Below are positions 51,329-64,000 of a DNA stretch of 64,000 nucleotides, piece after piece. The DNA comes from Cycas panzhihuaensis (taxonomy: Eukaryota; Plantae; Cycadophyta). The position numbers and the translations under genes are program-made. Where the stretch lies: the NCBI GenBank assembly GCA_023213395.1, contig CM041465.1, positions 156,371,741 to 156,435,740 on the forward strand, written 5' to 3'. The stretch's first letter is position 1. Every line of letters begins with the position of its first letter. Below the pieces are notes generated by a model. It was not told the DNA's origin, did not search any database, and saw only the letters and a program-made list of their open reading frames with translations.

Positions 51329-54300
51329 TGTTAAGGGGTAATGTTTTATCAAAGAGTCCTTAATCATGTAATTAATACATGTAATCATGACATGTGTCAT
51401 ATTATTAGAGGTTGGTTATATACCAAGTTATAATGGTTACCAACCCAATCATGTATTTAAGGAATTCATCCTCTCAATAAAGTTGTTGAGTTCTCTTATC
51501 AGCTTTCTGCCTCCTAATTTCAAGTTAACATGGTATTAGAGCAGGCCTGACCCTAACTACTCGTTTGAAAGAGGAAGTCCTGATTCCTGAAGACTAGTCA
51601 AGGGTCCAAGAAGGGAGACAAGTCTGGATGCTCTCCAACACTGAAGAGGAACATTAAATCACTGTGTACGGAACTATACGGAACCATATGGACATCATTT
51701 TTTCAAAGTTATCAGATCGAGACGAAACTTGGTGGGCAGATAGATCAGAGGACGCTCATCATCTTTCTCTTCTACATCGAAGGCATTTGAAGTTATTTCA
51801 GAGGTCTAATTGACCACGCACCAATTTGCATGGGATTGAAGGAAAAAAATCTGAATCTCTTCGAGATCAAGACTAAAACCGGGTAATAACAATCTTAAAT
51901 TCTTTGAATGACTGTTATTAATTGATTTGAATCAATCTTGTGTGATTTCATTGAGTATTTTGCTCAATATTTTCTAAATCGAACTAAAACCCTAGCTGCC
52001 CGTGTTTGCTTTCGAGGCTATTTTCTACCATCTGAAAAAAGATCTTGAAAAACTAACTTCAAATCTAGATAGGCGACGAAGAAACCTCTCTTTTGAGGTC
52101 ACTTTGCTCAGGTCCGTACACTTAGGGTTTTGTACAAAAATTCGTACAATTGTACAGTCAATCCAATCCAGTTCTCTCTCTTCTCATTAATGATGCCTGC
52201 TCCACTGTTTGGCCTCTCTGAACAAGATAAACTTACTAAAAGTAACTATCATATCTGGAAGATAAAGATCGAAACCTTGCTTAGGGCTCATAATGCTTGG
52301 AATGCTGCCCTTGGTGTTGAAACTAAGCCTAATGATGCCAGTGCTGCTTTGCCTGGTTGGTTGGAGAGCGACAATGCAGGTGTCATCATTCTTAAATTGT
52401 CAGTATCTGACTCTCTATTGGTTTATGTGGAAAAATTGACCTCTACATCAAGTATTTGGAAATGCTTTAAAAACTTGTTTGGTCAGAAAAACAAAGCCCG
52501 GATATTCACCTTGAAAGAAGAATTGTACAAGTTGCACATGAGAGAACATGAAACAGTGACTGAATTCATACATAAAGTCACTTCATTTAGAAATGGACTT
52601 TTGAGTGTTGGAGAAATTTTGTTCGAACATGAACTTGTCTAGATGGTAGCTAGTAAATTACCAAAAAATTTTGATGTAACAATCAACACCATTACAAACA
52701 ATAATTAGATTGATACGATGACCCTTGACGAGTTGACTGGAATTCTGCTTAGACAGGAACAAAGAAATAGACGATATGAAGACTCAGTAGAGCTTGAAGA
52801 TGCGTTTGCTTCCAGATTAAATCTAGGACCACGAGGATGAAATCATACATGTGGAAGGGGACATACTCTAGATTCTAGGAGTTTTGCTCGTGATCGATAT
52901 TTGGACAACAGGGGATGAGGACGAGGTCATGATTCTAAGATATGTTTTAACTATGGTAGATCTAGACACTTCGCCAGTACTTGTAGAGCATTCAATGTGT
53001 GTTATCATTATGGACAGACAGGAAATTATCCCTATCAATGTCCTCAGAGAAGAACTGACATTCAGAGAGGGAAAAGACCAATGGACAGCTACAACAAAGA
53101 ATAGACTCAAGAAGATGAAGAAGAGATAGCATTTGTAGTTGCCTTATCAATAGGATTAAAGGAAATCAATACTTGGTTCATCGACTTTGGAGCTTCACGA
53201 TCTGTTTGTGTACAGGGTAGTATAAAGAAAATTAGAAATGTTTTGTTGGTCCCTGACCTCAAACTGAATCTTTTGTCTGTCTCACAACTTAGCAAAAAGG
53301 GGCTAAAAACAGTATTTGATGAAGATGGTCTTTGTCTGATACTAGACATGAAAAATAATGGGGAAACAATTGCCAAAGGTATTAAGAGTAATGATCTATA
53401 CAAATTGGTTTCAGATCCTGTAATACCCAGTCCAGATCCAAAAGCTTGTACTGTTGTGAATCTTGATAATAAAATGTAGCATTTGAAGTATGGGCATCTT
53501 CTAGTAGAAACCTTAAAGAAAATGAAAAAATATGATACGATGCATGGATTGCCTAACATTTCTTCAGAAAATTTTGTATGTACAGGATGCTAATTTGGAA
53601 AAAATCATAAATTACCTTTCAAAGGAAGTAAGTGGAGATCACAAAATAAATTGGAACTGGTTCATACAGATCTCTGCGGACCACTTACATCACTTTCAAT
53701 AAATGGTTGTAGGTACTTCCTAACTTTCATTGATGATTTTACCAGAAAAGTCTGGGTATGTTTTCTTCACAATAAATCAGAGGTCTTTGAAATCTTTAAA
53801 GAATTTAAAGCAGAAGTAGAACTTGAATTAGACTCTAAAATAAAGTATATCAGATCAGATGGAGGAGGAGAATATATCTCCAATGAGTTTCTAGTATATT
53901 GCAAAAGGAATGGAATTTGAAGAGAGGTTACCACACCTTATACTCCACAGTCAAACGGGGTTGCTGAAAGGAAAAATAAAACCCTAGTGGAAATGGCTCA
54001 TAGCATGGTACATGAAACACAGGTTCCAAAGTCATATTGGGCAGAAGCTATGAACACAACCTGCTATCTTGTAAATAGAAGTCCAACTAAAGTACTGGAA
54101 AACATCACTCCAGAGGAAGCGTGGATAGGTAGGAAACCTGATGTTAGCTCTCTCAAAGTGTTTGGTAGTCTAGCTTATGTGCAAATACCAGACAAAAAAA
54201 AGATCAAAAATTGATGCAAAAAGTATAGAATGCATTATGATAGGATATAGCAAAAATTCAAAAGCTTATAAATGCATTGATCCAAAAACAAATAAAATAT

Positions 54301-56387
54301 ATGTTAGTAGAGATGTAGTTTTTGATGAAGGAAGTTTGAATTTCCAATCACAAATTAGAATAATTGAAGGAGAAACAGAGAATTCAAATAAAGAAAGCTT
54401 CACAGAAGAAGTCTCAGACATCACCACTGAAGAAATCTCATCTTGGTCATCTTACAAAGATTCAGGTGAAGAAGGAAACACAACACAGGAGGCAGAATCT
54501 CATTTGGAACATGTGGAAATAAGGGATAACTTAAAAAATGAAAAGAAACTGCCCAAATGGTTCATTAAGACCATTGGAGAAGGGGGAAGCATATTGGATC
54601 ACAAAACAAGAGGACAAAGACCAAAAGTTTTGCTTAGTGGGGTTGAACCTCAATCATTTCAAGAGGCTCAAGGTCAATTATAATGGAAGGCAGCAATGGA
54701 TGCTGAAATGAATGCAATTGAAAAAAATCAGACCTGGGAACTGGTAGAACTTTCTCCAGACAAACCTGTAGTCAATTGCAGATGGGTATATAAGATCAAA
54801 GAAGGTGCAAATGGAAAGATTGAAAAATATAAAGCTCGGCTTGTGGCCAAAGGATATACCCAAACAACTAGAATAAACTTTGAAGAGACTTTTCTCACCT
54901 GTGGCTAAGTTGAACATAGTAAGAACTGTGATAGCTCTTGTAGCATTATACAACTGGAAAATTGTCCAACTAGACGTGAAGAGTGCATTCTTAAATGGTG
55001 ATCTTGAAGAAGATGTATACATGACCCAATCTAAGGGTTATGTAAGGAAAGGACAGGAACAATTAGTGTGCAAGCTAAAAGAGGCTTTGTACGGATTGAA
55101 GCAAGCTCCTCGTGCTTGGTATGCCAAATTAGATCAACGTTTGTGTAATAATGGCTTTCAACGCTATAGCTCAGATTCCAGCTTGTATACAAAGAAAAAA
55201 GGTGATCAAATCACTATAATTGATGTTTATGTAGACGATATGATATTGATCAGAAATGATGACAAGTCAATCATAGAAATGAAAGGACGGTTAGAAAAGA
55301 AATTTGAAATGACAGACCTTGGTCTTCTCAACTATTACTTGGGATTGGAAGTAAATCAACAGCAAGAATATATCTCCATCTCACAAAGTAAATACATAAA
55401 GGATCTACTGGAAAAATTCAAAATGACAGACTGTAATCCATGTGCTACACCCATAGAGATCAATTGCAACTTGGCACCAAATGAAGAAGAATAGATAGTT
55501 GATGTCACCCTGTATAGACAATTGGTCGGTAGTTTGATCTACCTTACAACTACTAGACCTGACATATCTTATTCTATCGGAGTACTCTCTAGGTACATGT
55601 AGGAACCTAGAATAAGACATTGGAAGGTTGCCTGGAGAATATTGAGATATTTGCGAGGAACAATAGAATTGAAATTAATCTACTCAAGGAAAGAATTAGT
55701 AGAACTCATCGGGTATTGTGATTCAGATTGGGCAGATGATAAAGATCAAAGAAAATCAACTAGTGGCTATTGTTTCTTTCTAGGATCGGCCACAATCTCA
55801 TGGTGCAGCAAAAAACAATCAACTATCGCACTCTCTTCAACTAAAGCAAAATACAAGGTAGTAGTAACTACAACCTGTGAAGTAGTTTGGCTCAGGCAGC
55901 TCCTGATTGACCTAAATCAGCCTCAAAATAGAGCAACAACAGTATATTGTGACAATCAAAGTGCCATCAAGCTAACTAAAAATCCTATTCTCCATGCCAA
56001 AACCAAACACATTGAAGTCCACCATCATTTTATAAGGAAAAAAGTTCATAATAAAGAAATCAGACTAGAATATTGTCCCACTATAGAACAAATTGCAGAT
56101 CTATTGACCAAATCATTGGGAAAAGAAAAATTTCAGTCTTTGAGGGACAAGATAGGTTTGAAAGAGATAAAACATTAAGAGAGGGTGTTAAGGGGTAATG
56201 TTTTATCAAAGAGTCCTTAATCATGTAATTAATACATGTAATCATGACATGTGTCATATTATTAGAGGTTGGTTATATACCAAGTTATAACGGTTACCAA
56301 CCCAATCATGTATTTAAGGAATTCATCCTCTCAATAAAGTTGTTGAGTTCTCTTATCAGCCTTCTGTCTCCTAATTTCAAGTTAACA
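51329..56387 (+). mobile_element. Ty1/Copia element D (family of B); youngest-looking insertion
   Basis: 202-bp LTRs 51329-51530 and 56186-56387 differing at 3 positions; PBS TGGTATTAGAGC 51531-51542; PPT AAGAGAGGG; TSD TGTTC/GGTTC (1 mismatch). Confidence 0.96.
52190..56178 (+). pseudogene. Copia D gag-pol, disrupted
   Basis: gag 52190-52642; integrase ELVHTDLCGP...RSDGGGEY; RT VYVDDMILI; RH GYCDSDWA...AKTKHIEV; about 10 stops plus frameshifts. Confidence 0.95.
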
Positions 56388-58301
56388 GGTTCCAAACCCT
56401 TGGTGACAACCTTCGCTTTCTGAAGGTGATCCAAAGCTAAGTTTGGTCATTTTCTATAGTTTCTCACAATCTTTTGGTAATTTGCAGGCTGAAGATTGAT
56501 TCTCTCATTGGGTGCAACAGTGATATTTCACTAAAAACTGTGTTTTCTCTTAAATTTTTTGCATTAAAAGATTAATTTTTGTAGGATTATTGGCAAATCT
56601 CAGGAGTTTATTCATTTTTCAACTATGAATCGGTCTCTTACTTACTCCTCTTAGTTTGCAGTTGACATGCAAAGAAAATATCACTATTCTGGGCAAATTT
56701 TTCACTTGTAGGACAAATTTTTTAATGAAAATCACTTATTTCTCAAAAATTTGTCACTGGAGATCTATTCTGATGTTATCTGTAGGTTGTACTAGCCTTG
56801 AAGAAGATTTCTGAAGTTTGAAAGTGAGTTTTGAAACTCTATAGTGTACAACAACCACCCGAGTTTCCATAGGCCATGCACTCTTCTAATTCCATTTTTT
56901 CATTTGATCTCCTCTATTGCTTGTCTATTTCTCGTAAAAATTGAGAGGAATCTCTATATTATAGCTGCAACCCTACCTACAAAATCTTGTTTCAATCTGA
57001 TTAGTGTTCGTCGAGTTCTAATCAATCAAATCACTGCTTGCTCATGCCATCGCTATGTTTGGATTTTCGATAAAAATTTTATTTTTAAATTTTACCTTCT
57101 AAACTTTAGTTTATACAATATGGAATATACTATAGAATTCTATTTTTAATAAACTTTAATTTATAAAGTTTATTATTTTAAGTGATTTTTTATCATATTT
57201 AATCACTTTGAATTAAATTTCAGCCTCTTTTCTTATGTTTTAAGCTTATAAACACACAAAAAAAATTGTGAAAGTGGTTTTTTACTTTAAAAATGAGATT
57301 TTAATGATATTTTATACTTCAAAGTGAAAATTTCACATTGCAAGTGATTTTATAAGGCTCTTTGCAAGGTGACTTTAATGCCCTACTCATCAAAACGGGC
57401 TAAAATTCACTATTTTTTAATAAAATCACTTTTTGTTTTTAGGTCGGTTAGGACTATTTAAAGTCCTAACACATTGGTGGTGATTGTCTACTTGGCACAA
57501 AGTAATTGAATTTGGCATTAAATGGTTGTTTTTTCATTAAAACGAATATGCTTTAGCACTATATCAAGCAAGCTATTTTTCATTTTGGACACTTAGTACT
57601 TTTTCATGTTTTTTTAAGTGCTCTTGGAAATACTTCATGTGTTAAATCTTATGTACTCAATTGCTTCATTTTGAAGCTGTTTTTTTGAGATGTTGATCAA
57701 CATTGTAAGCAGCAGCATTGTAAGCAACATTATACACTTTAGTAAAATTTAGCTAAGTCAACTTAAACCTTTTAAAAAATTTACTTTAAAATCTTATGGA
57801 AGAGGCCAACCGATCAGTGCCTTTATAATCTCAAGCTTGGTGCATTCTCTAGGGGACCAACCAATCGTACGATCAGTGCATGACAATTGGGATTTCTTAG
57901 AGTAAAGGGGGCTCAAAAAGGGTAAAGGGGGCTCGAAAAGGGTGTTATTGGGGCTGAGAATCCCAAGGAAAGCACGGTACATCCATGCAGATCAACCTTA
58001 TCTAACCTTGTCCTAGATTTACCTTGGCCAATTGTTGGATCTACTTATAAAGATCAGGGTTGAACCAACTCCTAGTCTAGTCCTCCACCCCTCGTCACTC
58101 TTTTCAGTTGTTGGATCTTCTTGTAAGATCAGGGATGTTGGTGTGTTAGAAGGTGGAACTTAAGTGACTAAAGCTTTGAGTTTCTAATTCATCTACTACC
58201 TTCAAGACCTTTAATCGTATTGAATGCATGCACAATTAAATTAAATAGTCAAGATAACTATTAGGAATAGAAGAGACAAACTCAAAATCTGTCAATCATG
58301 A

Positions 58302-61300
58302 ATGAATTTTGGGGATTTGTTTCTGGAAAAAATCTCAAACGTATACTTGTTGAGTCCTACTGATGAGAATGTTGTTATTCAGCCTGATCTAATATTAGTT
58401 GCTGCTTGGGAAGCTAAGGATGAAATTGCCTTAGCATTTTTGCATATGATTATTGATGTAAAAGTGGGTCAAAATATTGCATATGCCAAACAATCAAAAG
58501 AAGTTTGGAATACTTTGTCTTCATTGTATGAAAGGCGAGATGAGGCTTGCATCATGATGATCAAAGCAAAGTTGTATTCTTTGAAATTTGTAAAGCCCAT
58601 GTTGGCATTTTTGTCTGTTATCAAAGAGATTTGTAATGAGTTAAATACTCTTGGAAAACCAACTTCTAGAAATGAACTTATAACTTCAACTTTGCATGCT
58701 TTGCCAAAAGAATATAATGAATTCATTTAATCAATTACTAGAGATGGCACTTTGTCTACTTTAACTTTCAATTAGCTTAAAAGTCTCCTTCAAGAAGAAC
58801 AAATTTACTTGAGACAAGAAGAACCATCAACTTTAGGAGCATTCACGGCCAAGTTTGAGGCCAAACAAAGTCCCAAACAATAACATCAATAGCAGTTTGG
58901 GAACATGAACATTCGTACATCTAAAGCCAATGTAATCTATCATTATTGTGACAAGGTGGGCCATATAGCTCCTAAATATAGAAAGAAGCAATAAGTTATG
59001 CAGTAGCCACGTCAGCAACAATTTCAATAGTAATAACAACAACAACCCCCTAGACCAAATCGAGGTGGTTATCGAGGAGGTCCAAGAGGACGGGGGGGCT
59101 TTAGAGGTGGCAATCAATGCCACACAATTCAATTTACAGATGAAGATAAGATGTTTTGTGTTTATCTAAATTCTGAAAGTGATAACACTTGGATTATTGA
59201 TTTAGGGGCATTTTGGCATATGACTAGTAATGAAAATTTACTTTATAATATAAAAGAAGGAAGAGGGCAATCTGTTACATTTGGTAACAATGAATCTGTT
59301 GAGATTTATGGTATAGGAAAAATTGCCTCATTTCATTCACCTAACAACCCTACTTCCACATTTCCCACTAGAGATGCCTACTTAATACCCTTAATAGAGA
59401 ATAGTCTCTTATCTGTTAGTCAGTCAAACAAACAACAGATGAGTATTTTATTTAATGGTGGGAAATGCACAATTAGTGACAAGAATGATCAAGTGATAGC
59501 CATCGGTCATGAGGACCATGGACTTTATAAATTGGATGCATCATACATAACACTTGATATTGCCTACTTTGTCACTCAATCTATGCCAAAAGATTAACTT
59601 TGGTATAATAGACTAGGCCACTTGAGCCTAGAAAATATTAAGATGATATTCAATAAAAACATAGTGTATGGGCTTCCAAAGATATGGCATCCCTTGGAGG
59701 TGTTTTGTATTATGTCACCTTTATTGATGATTTTTCACATAAAGTTTGGGTATATTTCATCAAGCAAAAATTAGTGGCATTTGAAAAATTTAAGGAATTC
59801 AAACTAGAGGTGAAAAATAAATCTGGATACTTAATCAAAATCTTAAGATCAGATAATGGAAGTGAATTTACCTCAAAGGACTTTAATCATTTCTACAAAG
59901 ATCATGGAATCAAGCGAAAACTCACTACTCATATACTTTAGCAGAATGGAGTTTCTCAGCATATGAAAGAGACTTTGGCTGATAAAGTCAAATCAATGAT
60001 GCATGCAAAAAGGCTACCTCATTCCTATTGGGTGGAAGCATTCCATACAACAGCCTATATGGCAAATAGGAGTCCAACTTCACCAGTCACCGATACCACA
60101 TTAGACGAGGCTTGGTTTGGAAAAAGTCAACAGTTAGCCATTTGAGGACTTTTGGGTGTACTACTTATATGCACATTCCCTATCAGCAAAGAACCAAGTT
60201 AGATAAAAATAGTATTAAATGTATTTTTGTCGGTTACACTATTCACAACAAAACATATAGGATATATGATCCCAATGCCAAAAAATTGCATGTATCTAGA
60301 GATGTAATCTTTGTTAAAGATAATGAGGAGTTGGAATCTGTGTCCATCCAACCTCCTACTGAAAAAGGCAAGCAGATTGTTGAGGATTTTCTTCCCTCAT
60401 AATCCTCTACACCATGTACATCTTCTAGACCTATTGTTCTTTCATCTACTTCTGTTCCCACTACTTCAAATTTAGCTCCAGTTGATCTTGGCACTTCCTC
60501 TGTTGATCAGCCATTACAGCCAGAGGATATTGAGGTTCAAGTTACATCTATCGAAAAAGCTATCTAAATGGTATATAGAGATGGTGAAGGACAACCAAGT
60601 CATAGAAGGAAAACGTCTATCCAAGATGAGGCAACAAATAAATTATGCACTGGCTGAAGTACTTTGTGTTGATGAGCCTTCCACTTTTGAGAAGGCATAT
60701 AAAAGTGAAAAGTGAAAAGTTGGCATGGATGAAGAAATCCATTCTATTGAAAAGAATGGAACATAAAATTGCCTAAAAACAAACAAGCAATTAATTGTAA
60801 ATGGATTTATAAAACCAAATTCCACTTTAATGGTTCAATCGAGCGTCATAAGGCTCCACTTGTTGCAAAGGGTTTCAAACAAAAAAAAGACATTGATTAT
60901 GAGGAAACATTTGCACTAGTAGTAAACATGAATATCACCAGACTCATTTTGGCCTTAGCTACTAAATGAAAGTAGCCAATCTACTAGATGGATGTGAATA
61001 GTGCCTTTCTCAATGATGATCTTCAAGACGAGGTATATTTGGAGCAACCTCATGGTTACATTGTACAAGGCAAAGAGCATTTGGTTCGTTGCCTCAAGAA
61101 AGCTTTGTATGGCTTAAAAGAAGCCCCTAAAGCATGCTACTCTAAAATCAATGATTATTTTTTGAGACATGGATATCATCGATCCACATTAGATCCTAAC
61201 TTCTATATAAAAGTGAGGGAGGACCATGTAGTCTTTGTTGTCTTGTATGTTAATGACTTAGTGATCACTGAAAATGACACTAAGATGATAGAAATTCTCC

Positions 61301-62150
61301 AAGGTGATCTTCAGAGTTTTGAGATGACTGATCTTGAACTTCTCCATTATTTCTTAGGCTTGGAGATATGGTAATAGCCAGGTCATATCTTCATTTCCCA
61401 AGCAAAATATTCTTGGGACATTTTGTAGTGTTTCAAAATGGAGGACTGCAAACCATCACTTACACCTATGGAGAATGGCACTAAGTTAACACTCGATGAG
61501 AAAACAAAACTAACAAATTCCACTTTGTATTGGAAACTAGTTGGTAGCCTAATCTACCTCACCAATACTAGACCAAACATTTCATTTATTGTTGGGATTT
61601 GTTCGAGATACATGTCTCAGCCTAATCAAAAACATTGAAATGCAGCAAAGCATATACTGAGATACATCAAAGGCACATTGCAACATGGCCTTTAGTATAC
61701 CCATAATAAGAACTTCATCTGGGAGGGGTTCTCGGATTTTGATTGGGCAGGTTGCCAAGATAGTCGCAGATCGACTTTGGAATATTGTTTCACCCTTGGT
61801 TCAGGAGTCATTTCATGGAGTTGTAAGAAGCAACCTAATGTTACCTTGTTATCCATAGAAGCAGAGTACAAAGCTGCAATCAACGTAGCTTGTCAGGCTA
61901 TTTGGCTGAGGAGGATACTTGGAGAGCTTGGACTTAAGCAAGATCACTCCACTAGGCTATATTGTGGCAATCAAAGTGTGGTCAAGTTAACAAAGAATCC
62001 GGTTTTTCATGCATGGACCAAGAACATCGAGGGTCATCACTATTTTATCAGGAACCATGTTTAGAATGGTGAAATCAACCTCTTCTATAGGCCCACAGAT
62101 CAACATATATCTTTTTTAAAAAATCAGAGATGGTTTTGGTATTCAACTTA
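58302..62150 (+). pseudogene. Copia E gag-pol, disrupted
   Basis: gag 58302-58730; protease WIIDLGAFWHMT; integrase FIDDFSHKVWVYF...RSDNGSEF (N-terminal deletion near 59680); RT 60769-61638; RH 61777-62064. Confidence 0.92.
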
Positions 62151-62709
62151 ACATTGTAAACATTAAGGGGGGGTGTTAAACCTTTATGTTTACATGTTAA
62201 GTAATGTACTTTATAATGTTTCATTTTTGTACTTTATGTTATTGTGACTTATCACTTAAGTGATAAAGTGCACACCCACATTCTTTCTAATGACATAACA
62301 TTGTAACTTGAGGGGTAATGTACCCGTCATGCATCTTTGCTCACAGAAGAGCCCAAGGGGCACTTGTCCCTCCTACATCTGGCATACCTTGCATGTTTGA
62401 CGAGGTCAAACATGAGTCTCTCATCATAATCTATACATTGAGACTAATTCTAATATATGTAGATATGAGAGTTTGTAGTATTGTTATGCTGCTAGTTTTG
62501 CTAATCAAGTATTCTTTCTTATTTGGAGATTGGATCAATTCCTTCTCCTCCATATTGGTGTCCTCATGCTTGTGATCTTCATGATCATGCTTGCTCATAG
62601 TGCTCATTTCCATACTAGCTTTAATAGATGCTAATCATCTTCATTCTTAGGTAGATCTTTCCTCTCTTTTAGATCCTTAAGGCCTTAGGCTTAATGCCTA
62701 TTCTCAACA

Positions 62710-64000
62710 TGCTCAACCCAAGTTTTTATCACAGCCTCAGAAGAAAAGGGACTCACTCGATCCAAATTCCTTTCAAATCATAGAGGGGACTCACTAAACC
62801 CCTAGGGAATGGGAGCTCACTCAACCCAAACCCAAATGAACCAAACTATAAATTACTACCTTCAAAATATCCCAATGAGATTGACGCAATAATGAATACA
62901 CACATTTATGCCACTTACCAAATCAATCCCTTGCATGGGATGGAGATAAAATCCCGAGAGATTTCTTTGAGTGCAGATTTACCTGCTTTGTGAAACTAAT
63001 CCAAAGTATATTTATGTAGAACTTATCTCCTCTGTGAAACTGATCCAAAGTATATTTATGCAAAACTTATCTACTCTATGAAATTGAACCAAAGTATGTT
63101 TATGTAGGACTTATTTACTCTATAAAATTGATCCAAAGTATATTCATGTAGAATTTACTTAAGACAATTTTTGCAAAATCCCCACTGTAAGATAATTAAA
63201 AAGACTCCTCTACAAACTTAAGAGCTTACCTCTGCAACATTCCTACTAATAGCAGCTTAATGACCTAGTCTCAGTTAGCTCAATGACCCAATCTCAGTCA
63301 CTCAGGATATCAAATTACTCCTTGGCTTCTGATTTCCTCTATTTAAATCTTTTATTACCATTTCTATCACACTTTTAGCTTTCTTCCTGGAGAACAAAAT
63401 TACTTGGCAAGGAAAAAAGCTTGATGAAAAATGTAGTGCCTAGCTCAATGCTACTCTGCTCAAGGATGATGAAGCATAAAGACCAAAAGATGGGATCTCA
63501 ATAGCTAAGAAATAATGAATATTAGAATGATCCTTTTCTTCTTCCTTCTCTGACTATATCTATGCTCCCTACTGAATCAATTTACCCTCATTAAGGCCAT
63601 CAAGTTTGGGTGGGTGGCTTCATCCTGCGGTGGTTGCACCAAAGCCTACAATTATTATAGTCAAAGTAGCCATTCTACACCTACTTATCGAAGTAACAAT
63701 CCCACAATGTTTGTGTGAATGTTTTCATTCATCCCCCCCTTGGCTAGGCACACTAGTGCCTTTAATATGTACCTAACAAATTTGCTTTAGTATTAATCAT
63801 TTATCTGTCATAATGGCTTTGGGTGTCTATGTGAGTGCTTTCCAACTACACTGACATCTCCAAGATATATTGAATTTGTCCTCTATAGTGTGAGTTACAA
63901 TCCTTCCAATGTCTCCAAGATCTATGGAATTCGTTCTTTGTTGTGTGAGTTACAATCCTTCCTTGGAGGCTCAAAGATTGAGGTGCTTCCTTGCAATCCT
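62710..64000 (-). repeat. G1 5' LTR, piece 3 (continues past the window edge)
   Basis: Aligns to ~19412-20650 including the 44-bp array; the last bases match 20613-20650. Confidence 0.9.

Larger units (their letters stand above)
50718..62709 (+). mobile_element. Ty1/Copia element E with ~2-kb leader; contains Copia D
   Basis: LTRs 50718-51263 and 62174-62709, perfect TSD TGCTC, PBS TGGTATCAGAGC 51266-51277, PPT 62165-62173. Confidence 0.95.
18608..64000 (-). mobile_element. Gypsy chromovirus G1 (Tekay/Del-like, long LTRs, internally deleted); host of the whole nest, extends beyond the right edge
   Basis: 3' LTR 18608-21561 with PPT ~21563-21572. Internal pieces 21562-21711, 27291-29359 and 35833-35866. 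PBS TGGTATCAAAGC at 35851-35862. 5' LTR in three pieces collinear with the 3' LTR. Confidence 0.85.

Noticed and set aside
51986-52130. AAACCCTA / TAGGGTTT telomere-like motifs (also ~7952)
   Set aside because: Single telo-box-sized matches in leaders, not an interstitial telomeric array; expected in AT-rich DNA
50860-62613. Duplicated small ORFs 50860-51129/62318-62575 and 50985-51167/62431-62613
   Set aside because: They are the two LTRs of element E; duplication explains the similarity and there is no coding evidence

Overview
AT-rich plant nuclear DNA. The heavily decayed, deeply nested LTR retrotransposons look like a large-genome seed plant such as a gymnosperm; this is inference, not a taxon call. 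About 85% of the window is LTR retrotransposon sequence and no intact long ORF remains. Left to right: Copia A (1-2685, cut by the edge); Copia B (4442-8653, TSD TAACT) with its middle replaced by a Gypsy fragment; two spliced exons of a host sphingoid long-chain-base kinase gene (LCBK1-like, minus strand, 11699-11982); a chromovirus remnant G0 carrying a solo LTR; a Copia fragment; and one very large nest. The nest host is a Tekay-like Gypsy (G1, 18608 to beyond 64000, ~2.95-kb LTRs). It contains Copia F, Copia C, an Athila-like Gypsy G2 (itself holding Copia H) and Copia E (itself holding Copia D). The most unusual structure is G2's 3' region: a ~1.2-kb array of 21-22-bp units built on the palindrome GTTGCAAC, followed by a decayed ~620-codon extra ORF. 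No prokaryotic genes, RNA genes or CRISPR arrays are supported. All alignments and divergences were done by eye.
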